Of a stretch of DNA of 64,000 nucleotides, positions 37,756 through 49,300 are shown in pieces. The notes beneath the pieces were generated by a model. It was not told the origin of the DNA. It ran no database searches and saw nothing but the letters and a program-made list of their open reading frames with translations. The DNA is from Antedon mediterranea (Eukaryota; Animalia; Echinodermata). The stretch's first letter is position 1, and each line of letters starts with the position of its first letter. Location: the NCBI RefSeq assembly GCF_964355755.1, contig NC_092678.1, positions 25,003,365-25,067,364 of the forward strand, in the 5' to 3' direction. The translations under genes were made by a program, and so were the position numbers.

Positions 37756-38524
37756 TACTAAATGATAATTACAAAATGTGCGACTATAATTTCTTTTCAA
37801 ATGATTGTTTCTGTGCGTATTATAAATATTCAACCATTAAACAAAAACTGAATAAATCAAGGTGTACGAAACACCATTCTCCATTCTCAGGTAAAGTTGA
37901 AAATGTTTGTTTCGGTTGAATCATGCAATCTATAAAAAAAAATGTTAAAATGTCTTTGTTGAATACTTACTGTGTATATGTACTTTGTATACCATTCTGT
38001 ACCATTAACCTAACACTGTGTAATCGGTATTATAATTAATATTAGTTTTTACTTAAGTGACCTTAGTCTAGTCAGGATTAACTTAGCCAGTAGATAAGTC
38101 TGTAAGTAAGTTGGTAGATTGTAGTTAGTAGTAAGTTGGTAGATAGGTGCGCTGTAAATGGTACCAATTAATTAAAATAAGCGAAGTAAGTATTAGACTT
38201 AGATGAAGCAGTTAGTATGATACCGATTACACTTCATCAACTAATCATTTCATTTACTTTTTTGTTTTCAACTTCTACTTATTGTTGTTATACTATTATT
38301 ATTATCTGTTATCGTTCTACTGTCAATCGTACAAGGAATCTATCTCGATTTCAGCTATTATCTGTTTAGAATAAACTTATTTCAATTGGCATAAATTAAT
38401 AAAGTTGATCCAAATTATTCAAAGAACGTTAACGTATATCGTTTGAAATGTCAATGGATCTGTGACGATTTAGAGTGAAATCGATTTATAAACTATTTAA
38501 GGAGAGGCGTACGGACGGGCAACA

Positions 38525-38805
38525 ATTAGGCCTTATAAACTCGATAAAAAAAACCCCTTAAGATAACATAGGCCTACATATATCATTTTCGGCCTACCGG
38601 TAAACATTAGGCCTTCATAAACTCGATAAAAAAAACCTTAAGATAACATACATATATCATTTTCGGCCTACCGGTAAACATTAGGCCTTCATAAACTCGA
38701 TAAAAATCTTACAACGTTAAGATAAATAATTTACTCGATTTTAATTACTTATATTTTAGAAATAAATCATATTCGGCCTACCGGTAAATATCAGGCCTTA
38801 TGAAC
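38525..38805. repeat. Degenerate tandem repeat, 3-4 copies
   Basis: TCGGCCTACCGGTAAACATTAGGCCTTCATAAACTCGATAAAA repeated. Confidence 0.8.
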
Positions 38806-39094
38806 TCTATCGATCATTAATATACAAATAATGAATGTTTAATGGGGCGTACTATTGCACGCCATGCGACCCACAATCGTCCAATCAAATGACAGGAATT
38901 TATGTAGGCGTTTAACATAAAATAATTGCCGGTTGTCGTGCATCGTTTGTAATTATTTAGATTTTTTAAAAAGCGCATATTAGCTAATATGGCATAACAT
39001 ACTTGTGTCCGTTAAATGTTCAGGGTCACATGGGTACGAAGCGTCTCGAAAACACATCCCCTGAAAACAAAACATTTGAGGAGAGTTTTGTCGG

Positions 39095-39240
39095 GGGTGT
39101 AATAGCCCCTTGTCAGGGGTGTAATAGCCCCTTGTCAGGGGTGTAATAGCCCCTTGTCAGGGGTGTAATAGCCCCTTGTCAGGGGTGTAATAGCCCCTTG
39201 TCAGGGTGTAATAGCCCCTTGTCAGGGGTGTAATAGCCTC
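39095..39240. repeat. 21-22-bp tandem repeat, about 7 copies
   Basis: GGGGTGTAATAGCCCCTTGTCA. Confidence 0.92.
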
Positions 39241-40392
39241 TCTACCCAATAAGCCAACCCACACCTTCTCGTGGTTGACCCTGGTTAACCAAAGCATACC
39301 GTTTTGGAACAGACGTGGGCAATGGCAGTTTTGTTCATGTTGTCGAATTATAATGTAATGAATATTGTTTAATAATACTTTTTTCTTTTTCTTTTTCAAA
39401 TGCTCAAATTTACTGGCCGAGTGGACGAACATCCTTGCTACTTCAAGACGAGGTACCCATCAATTGTCATAGACTTAGAATAGATGTTTGATAGTAGAAA
39501 ATAAATTATACAAATTTTACAACTGGAGTTTAATTTGTTGATAATGTGATCCGAAGGCGTCAAAAGCTTGTATAATATGAATTAGCGTATTCAATTTGAG
39601 GTTATCGACTTAAAAGAGAATGGTTATGTCCGTTAATAGAGTTGCCATGCCATTATATGTTGCCATGCCATTATCTGTTGCCATGCCACTGTCACTATGT
39701 GATTCCATAGGTCCTGTCATCTTTCTTTACTGTACTGCGCAGAACCTCGTTTGAATATAACCGTCGCACATAGTGAACTGGTAGTAGAAAAGAAATGTAG
39801 CTGCATGTGACCATGGAGGAATAATATTAATACCAAAATGGTTCCATCTAGTTAGTGAGTGCGGAATGAGTTGAATAACAAAAACACTACATAAGATATT
39901 GTATCCAAAAGTATTTAATAACAAATAAAAACAAGATTGTACCGTACTGATATTTTGGAATGCTTACAATTTAATTACAATGCAGCAAAACAAAAAGAGT
40001 TAATTTATATATTCAAATTAAATTATAAATGGAGGTATGTTATTGTAAATGTCTGCAAAACCAGCTAACATTCTTAATATAAAACTATTACAGTACAAAT
40101 AAGTAAATAATGAAAAAACATCACTGTTCCAACATCGATACATGAGTCTGTTTCAGTAATAAGCTACTATTTGTATGGCATTTATCATTTACTTATCTAA
40201 AGAAAACGACAATATTCCATTATTCTTGGGTGTACTATCTGCAAACCACATTATGTCGCAATAATATAAAATTGGTCATGATATTTAAACATAATTTACA
40301 GTATTCAATCTGACCTAATACAATTAACACATATTATATATGCTGCATACAAATGATCTTGTATTGCGAATCGCAACTCCTACCAGTCATCA

Positions 40393-43300
40393 TTAGCCGT
40401 GTAATATTTCAGAAGCTGAGAAAAAAAAATGGAAACTTTCAATCAATTTGAACACAAATACTTGAAATTTAGTAAACTTTTTATCTAAAAATGAGTCTTA
40501 CCCTTTCGTCTTTGTAAATTACAATTTTGCGATTCTCCTGATCGGTGTGTAGTTCCATCGATTGGAGCGCCATCGGCTGTGGCACACCAGCATATTGAGC
40601 CTTTGCACTGATACGCCAGGAACGTCCCGTCAAAGTCACATTTGGGAATAAAATCCTCGTTGGCGTCTATGGATATTTGACGTACTGCACCACACTCACT
40701 CGGAGTATCTGTAAAATTGAAAAAGGATGTTTATTGATTGATTGATCACATTATTTTAGAATAACAATTCCATATAAATGATACTTATTGTGAATAACAA
40801 TGAATTTGATCTCATTTCTATTGTACAACTCCATGTCATTGGGTTGTTGTACTGTGAGCAACAAAGAGTGAGTGAGTGACACATTTGTAAGATGAACCAA
40901 AAATTACAAAGATGAGAAAAATGTTCTCGCAGATGTTTTGATATTACTTACCACAAGCTGGCATTAGGTAAAAGTTTGGATCTCCTGTGTATATATCTGC
41001 ACAGTGGCATCTATAAAACAAATAAAATACAGAATTATATAATATATAACATAATTAATGATAAAATCAGTACGAACTAACTAGAACTATACTTTCACTT
41101 CACTGTGATTTGTGGATACTTGAATAAATAAATGTAAATACTCGGGCAGCGCTTGTCTGCTTACTTTATTTTGTATCTCCATTGAAATCCAGCCACTGAT
41201 ACCCACAGCATTGTCATTTTTCAGTGCTTATTTTATTTTGTATCTCCATTGAGATCCAGCCACTGATACCCACAGCATTGTCATTTTCAGTGCTTATTTT
41301 ATTTTGTATCTTCATTGAGATCCAGCCACTGATACCCACAGCATTGTCATTATTTTCAGTAATTTGTCTTTGGATTTATAAATAAATATAATATAATATA
41401 AATATATACTTACGGAATTGGGTAGTTGCATTGTATAGGATTGTAATTGCCATCGTCGGTACAGTCTGGCGGGTTCAAATCCGCAATGAAAGCGCCTTGT
41501 TGTGCAGCTTCAGCGAGCTGGGCGTGAACTTCGGCTGCTTCCCTAGAACAGCTGTCAAAATAAACATACATTATTATTTCCATACGTGTTTTATGCAAAA
41601 AATGACTGGGGTAATAATGTTCAGCGCTTAGAGGTTTCACAACATTAGGCGCTATATAAATCCAGGATATTATCATTATTAATGCTATAGCAGTTTAAAC
41701 TCCACGATGGTGGATTATTGCACTTGGTAATCACGGCTTACCTTCCTTGGCCAACAGGTGGCGCCCTCTCGGTTGTTGGTGTACGTTCAGTTGCTTCTAA
41801 AAAACAAAAAAACATGCAAAAACAAATTCAATAATTTAAGGAAGTATATGGCATAAAAATAAGATTGTATGTAAAAAAAGGTATGCTTACCAATTTCAAT
41901 ATTTCTGATAAAGTTTCCATTATTTACATCCACCAAAAAACAGCTGAAAGACAATGGTAGTTTAATTTAATATAATATATTTTAGTGCTTGTGACCATTC
42001 TTGGTTGACAAAACGTATCATAATAAACATAAATTACTTTTATGAACTTTTGGTTTATTGATATAGTACAGGAATTACACAGGAAGGTGTGACTGGTTCC
42101 CTTGACAGCCCCAACACATGGTTGCTCGCAAAGTACTACATAATATGAAATTGTTCCCAATTATATAACTTCACACCCACCCAAATCATGCATATCTCTT
42201 ATATTATCCCTTTATCAAATTTGATATTGACTAATTCTCAAATTATAATACTATATAATGTATAGCTTACTTACAAATTAAGCTTTAATTAAAGATTATT
42301 GTGTAATTACTTAGAATTATGACACTGCACTTCTCTGTACAAGCCATCTTCGGAGCAGGTCAGAGGTACAATGTTGGGTGCTGGACTTCCCTGTGAAATG
42401 GCTTCTGCCTTCTGTTGCTCAATAAACTCTCTCTTCTGTATACAGCTGTTACAAAAATATCAAAACCCAACTAATGTTGTGTATGACCAGCTAGTTACAT
42501 TTTATTTTACAGACAATTAAAAAAACTTCAAGAAAACGATATTAACTGGGGAAACCCAAAAAAGTTTAATTAAAAAAACTTATTTCCATTGGGGTTCTAA
42601 CATAATGCAAGTTTTTAACCCTCAAAAGCTTATTAAATCATTTTCTTTCCATTGTGTAAAATATTGGGTGGGGTGTAGTATATATAGTATAAACGGTAAA
42701 TGACAATTTTAAATACTCACGTTACTTCAGGAACCTCGTAACTCACTGAAAAAAATGAATGCATTAGTTAATTTTAAACAAACTAAAACGAATGTTTTTA
42801 AAATGAGAAAATAGATTACAAGTAAAAAAAGTGGATAGTATTTTATGCTAAGAGCAAGTATACTAGTAATACAGTATAGTGAACACGGTAATTGTTAAAA
42901 CTATATCTTACCACAATCCGGGGCTGTGAAACCAGAGTTTATTCCCGTTTCAGGATTCACACAGAAACATCTGAAGGAGAAGAGTAGCAATAGTATAATA
43001 ATCGCATAATGAACTAAAATCTAATTGTTAATCAAATTTTCTATATGTATGTGATACGGTGTGTTAAAATTAGTTAAATCAGTAAAACTTCCAGAGAATA
43101 TTTAAGTAGAAAAATTATTTGTTCTCTTATTTTTTTTTTTTTTTTTTTTTTATTCAGTATATTACACAGAGGCGCCTTACAAGATGGAACCATCTTAGCT
43201 TCAAGGCGCCTCAGATTAACAAATACAACATTTTAAAACAACTAACAGAAACATCAATTAAATCTTCTAGAATTAACAAGAAATTGTTGTACAAAATAAA

Positions 43301-46300
43301 ATAATAAAGCATTTTCACAATTCGAAAGAAGATCGGAACCAAAAATAAAAATTTCACTTAAAAATGTAAAATTAAATGTTAAAGAAAAATCCTTGGCTAA
43401 GATATCCTCAATAATTGAGTTAGCGCTTACAAGTAGAATATCTCTTTGTGTATTATAATTAGGGCAGTAACATAAGAAATGAAGCGGATTCCTTTTATTA
43501 GATTAAACACTTTAATTTACATACCCCTGTTTAGGTATACACTGAAGAAGCTTAAAGGTACCATCTTGGGTACATTGTGGTGCCACTAAATCCTCAGTAG
43601 ATCTACCAGCTTCCTCAGCGTCCTCTATCTGCTCATTAATGGATGCAACCACCTGTAAACACCTAAATAAATAATTTAAAGATTTTATTGGAGACTGTCA
43701 AATTATTTGTTTGATTTTTGTCATCATCAATCATTACTGCCTCTCCGCTTAAAAGTCTGGCGACATTTCTGCTCAGGTTACAGTCAATTTGTTATATATA
43801 TATTGCATTACTACAGTAATTCGGCGCATTTGAAACATACTTACGTTGTTTCTGGGGTAACAATCCCTGAAAAATAAAGAAAATTAATATTTGAAAAATA
43901 ATAAAAGAAATTGCTGTTTGAAGGCATGATTATCAACATCTTTGCTCGCATATTAAACTAACAGACATTCTCAACAAAAACAGAAGAACAGTTTATAAAA
44001 TTAGATTTAGAAAATGTGCTGATAGTAGTTAAAATGTATTCCTGAAAAAGTAAAGAAATTGATACATAAATTTAAAATAAATCTTTAATTGTTACCGCAT
44101 TCTGGATAAGTCAGCCCTGTTTGGTCACCAGTAATTGCATCAACACAGTAACACCTTTAAAAACAAACGTTTTATCTTTTAGTTGGGATTTTTTACTTTC
44201 TTTAAAAGAATGGAAACAGTTTATTATTTGGTAGTCAATTTGAGACATGGGAGTCCAGGTTCTTGACTGACAGAATTTAAATAACAATTTCTTACCCAAT
44301 TAATGGATGGCATTGTACAAGCACGTAGTTGCCATCTGGGGTACAATTTGGTGGCGCTAGATCGGCAATGAATTCCCCTGCTTTTATAGCGTCGTCTAAC
44401 CTCTTGTTAACGGCAGCTGCTCTATCAGCACATCTATCATACATACATACATGTTTTTATTATAACAATATTCCATCAAAATAAATACTAAACTTAACTG
44501 AAATTGTGAAATAATTTATTTTTATTATTTCTACTGGATAGCTTCTTCAATCAAAGACTGGTCTCCCAGAGGGCTCAGTTATGTTATGATTAGTGGCTGT
44601 GTGTGACAGTGACTTGAGTGTGTGTACTAGTACACTGGGGTAACCCCATACTTGTCTCGAAAGATGTACATTGTAACAAATTACAATACTCACGTTTGTG
44701 GTTCTCTACCTGAAATATAAAAAACAAAAACTGTTTAATTTACATTTGTAAAAAGGCAAAAACCTTTATAATTCAATTAAATTTATAAATTACAGAAATT
44801 TAGACTTAATCATTAATTCTTACCGCATTCAGGATAAGTCAGTCCGGTTTTTTCACCGGTTATTGCGTCAACACAGAAACACCTTTAAAACAAATTACAT
44901 ATGTTACGGAAAAAGGTATTTATATTTGTCCTAAAGCTTAACTTGAAACCGATTAGGCCCTCCACGGAGCCATAGCAGCCAGCAGTGCAGCGCCTACTAG
45001 ATCAGAACACCGGGACAAATAGTGCGAATAGTGTACTAAACTCTTTAACATGCACTATGTAAACAGGATTAACAATTTCATGTCCCATCCAAAGGACGAG
45101 GCAATGAGAGTATAGCATCTTGCCTAAGGATACAGTTAGTATGGTACAGACAGACTTAGATTTCTGGTAGTCAATGACATTGACATGTGGAATTTTTGGT
45201 CAACAGTATTTAAATAAATGAATCATTTTTTCTTACCCAATTAATGCGTAGCATTGTGCAAGAGCGTAATTACCATCTGGGGTACACGCTGGTGGCGTTA
45301 GGTCAGCGATGATGGCGCCCCTTTCTCTAGCGTCATCCAACTCCTTGTTAATGGCAGCAGCCTTATCAGCACATCTATTATACATATTTTCAAACATTAT
45401 CTTTAATTTATTAAAATTTGCTATCAAATTTAAATATTAGAACATAACATAAAATAAATGAGTTTGTAAAAGTCGTCATACTGAATGAAATTGGAACAAC
45501 TTATAATACTTACGTTTGTTGTTCTGTACCTGAAATAAAAACAAAAAAAATGTTTGATTTACATTTATTTTATTTAAAAAATGTTTATGGATTAAACAAA
45601 AAAATACATTTATAATTTACATTACATTATTGAGTTACGTAAATTTAAAATTTATAAATAATTCATAATTTATAAATAATTTATAAATAATTGTTACCAC
45701 ATTCAGGATAAGTGAGCCCTGTTTGGTCACCAGTAATTGCATCAACACAGTAACACCTTTAAAAACAAATTACATATTCTATATAGTCTGTATCTTTAGT
45801 TAAGATGTTTTGCTTTCTTTAAAATTATAACAGTTTAATTGCATGTATAAGTCTTCTGGTGGAATTTTTGTTCGTTTAAATAAATTAATCATTTTTTCTT
45901 ACCCAATTAATGCGTAGCATTGTGCAAGAGCGTAGTTACCATCTGGGGTACACGCTGGCGGCGTTAGGTCAGCAATGATTGTTCCTCTTTTTATAGCGTC
46001 ATCTAAATCCTTGTTAATGGCTGCAGCCTCCTCAGCACATCTAGATTACATAAAAATAAAATAATAAATGTATAATTCATTCCTAAAAGTCAACAAAACT
46101 TAACTTAAGCTATTATAACACTCACGTTTGTTGTTCTGGTTCTGAAATAAAAAAATAAAAAAAACTGTTGTAGATTGTTATTTAAAAGAAAAACATAAAA
46201 CATAAACAATTAAATCTATAATTATCAAATAACGAGAGGCCAGCCATTATCAAGATCAAAACATTGAATCATGGCTGGCCTCTCGTTATTTGGAGTCAGT

Positions 46301-49300
46301 TTTATACTATGTTATTTAAACATAATCAGAGCATCTATGGTTTTTATAATTATCAAATTTTATAACTTTAAAATCAACATTAATTCTTACCACACTCAGG
46401 ATAAGTCAGCCCCGTTGGGTCACCAGTAATTTCATCAACACAGTAACACCTTTAAAACAAATTATCAATTCTAATTATGATGTTCTCATTTTATAATTTT
46501 TATTTATTTAATTTGTTTCTTTAGTTTTATTCCTATATTGAAATAGTTTTACTATTTTAGGTAGACAATGTTAAAGTTTAGATACTTTCTAAACTTTATT
46601 TAAATAAATGAATATTCATACCAATTTAAAGTCTTACCCAATCAACGCTAAGCATTGTCCAAGAGCGTAGTTGCCATCTGGAGTGCATGTTGGGGGCGAC
46701 AGATCAGCGATGATGGTGCCTGATCTATAAGCATCTTGTAACCGCTGGTTGATTTCTGCTGCTTCCTTAGCGCATCTATTACACATACATATATGTTAAG
46801 CTCTATCAAACTAGTTTGACAAAAAAGTGTGATGTGCCCAAATATGACATCATGTCCATATATGGGCACATCACATTTTTTTTTGTCGCATAAAGTTTGA
46901 CAGTGTAGACAGAGCTTAATAAAAATTTTTCATCAAAATAAAATTGTTGATGAATGAAAACTTAGCAAACATAAATAAATTCAATGAAAACTATTTAAAA
47001 ATAATACTCACCCTTGTAGTTCTGTGATATCTGAAATAAAAGCAAATAATACAAAGTTTCAACATGTTTATTAAATTAATTTGTTCTAAAAAAACAAAGA
47101 AAATTTAATATATGCAAAGAAAAATTAATGTCACATGATAAGAATGTTACGTACCGTGGCTACAGTCAGGAGCAATCTTTCCTGTCTTTTCTCCAGTTAT
47201 GATGTCAACACAGTAACAGCTACAAATAAATAACAAATAAATAACAAACAAAAAAATGTTGGTTTAAGTTTGTTGGGGGTGGCGGCAGTACTAGAATATA
47301 GAACATTGACACTTTGTGAAGTACGGCTTCTACATACTATCCATTTGGTTGTGCTAGATCATGCCATTTATTTATTTATTTGTTGATCATGCACCTTTCA
47401 AATCAAATATAATTTTATTCATCTTGTTAAAATATAAAGAAAAAGGTTGATAAAGAAATGAAAATATATACAAAAGTCATCAAGCATCGTATTGATCGGT
47501 TGCACTCACAATATGCGGTGCGAAACAAGAAACAGAACAGAACATATTGAGATTAAGGAGAAACATATTGTGTAATTATTAGTGAATCTTACCCTAGGGG
47601 TTCTAGTGAGCATTGGACGTCCACATATTGTGTAATTATTAGTGAATCTTACCCTAGGGGTTCTAGTGAGCATTGGACGTCCACATATTGTGTAATTATT
47701 AGTGAATCTTACCCTAGGGGGTCTAGTGAGCATTGGACGTCCACATATTGTGTAATTATTAGTGAATCTTACCCTAGGGGGTCTAGTGAGCATTGGACGT
47801 CCACATATTGTGTAATTATTAGTGAATCTTACCCTAGGGGGTCTAGTGAGCATTGGACGTCCACATATTGTGTAATTATTAGTGAATCTTACCCTAGGGG
47901 GTCTAGTGAGCATTGGACGTCCACATATTGTGTAATTATTAGTGAATCTTACCCTAGGGGTTCTAGTGAGCATTGGACGTCCACATATTGTGTAATTATT
48001 AGTGAATCTTACCCTAGGGGGTCTAGTGAGCATTGGACGTCCACATATTGTGTAATTATTAGTGAATCTTACCCTAGGGGTTCTAGTGAGCATTGGACGT
48101 CCACATATTGTGTAATTATTAGTGAATCTTACCCTAGGGGTTCTAGTGAGCATTGGACGTCCACATATTGTGTAATTATTAGTGAATCTTACCCTAGGGG
48201 TTCTAGTGAGCATTGGACGTCCACATATTGTGTAATTATTAGTGAATCTTACCCTAGGGGTTCTAGTGAGCATTGGACGTCCACATATTGTGTAATTATT
48301 AGTGAATCTTACCCTAGGGGTTCTAGTGAGCATTGGACGTCCACATATTGTGTAATTATTAGTGAATCTTACCCTAGGGGTTCTAGTGAGCATTGGACGT
48401 CCACATATTGTGTAATTATTAGTGAATCTTACCCTAGGGGTTCTAGTGAGCATTGGACGTCCACATATTGTGTAATTATTAGTGAATCTTACCCTAGGGG
48501 TTCTAGTGAGCATTGGACGTCCACATATTGTGTAATTATTAGTGAATCTTACCCTAGGGGTTCTAGTGAGCATTGGACGTCCACATAGTTTCCATCGGGG
48601 GAGCAGGCTGGTGGAACCAGGTCAGCTATCTCGGTTCCGAGCTTTGCAGCCTCTGCCAGTTGCTGATTGACCGCTGCTGCTTTCTGTGCACATCTGATGA
48701 GATGAATTCAATAATATATTAGTAGAAAAGTGTAACTTTATTCTACCCCTTTCATATTTAAGCTTGGTTCCCGCTAAGATGCAAGGACGAATGATTATTA
48801 AAACAAGTCGCAGCTTAAGTCTTTGTGTTGTGGGAACAAAGTTTTAGTAAAATGCTACAGCCAATGGGTTGTCAACAATGTTGTTTTGGATGATGTGCAC
48901 CCTAGCGTATGCTACAGCCAATGGGTTGTCAACAATGTTGTTTTGGATGATGTGCACCCTAGCGTATGCTACAGCCAATGGGTTGTCAACAATGTTGTTT
49001 TGGATGATGTGCACCCTAGCGTATGCTACAGCCAATGGGTTGTCAACAATGTTGTTTTGGATGATGTGCACCCTAGCGTCGACACATCCTCCATGTACAT
49101 GTATGTATATGTGGAAATAAACTAATTAAAACACTGTTGTTTTGTATGGTGTGCGTCTCAGTGTGTTTGGTAGGCAATGTGAAACAGGTAATATTAGAGA
49201 ATATGAGATTAGCTTGCTTAATCTCTTTCGAATGTATACTTACTTTCCTGTTGGTGTCACTGAAAAAAAAACAAAAACGAAAACAAAATTCAGCCAATAT

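Noticed and set aside
42070-42135. Cys-containing segment as the C-half exon of a TY repeat
   Set aside because: Its phase does not fit the upstream phase-2 donor; exon 41943-41891 fits both phase and motif.
47506-48573. 355-aa ORF of MLTRTPRVRFTNNYTICGRP repeats
   Set aside because: It is an off-frame reading of the 60-bp exon/donor tandem repeat; the true coding frame meets TAA right after the donor.
47564-48587. CRISPR-like regular array
   Set aside because: There are no unique spacers and no cas genes, and the context is eukaryotic. The same applies to the other tandem arrays.
48823-49125. ORFs over the 57-bp repeat
   Set aside because: Repeat artefact with no domain signature or fitting splice sites.
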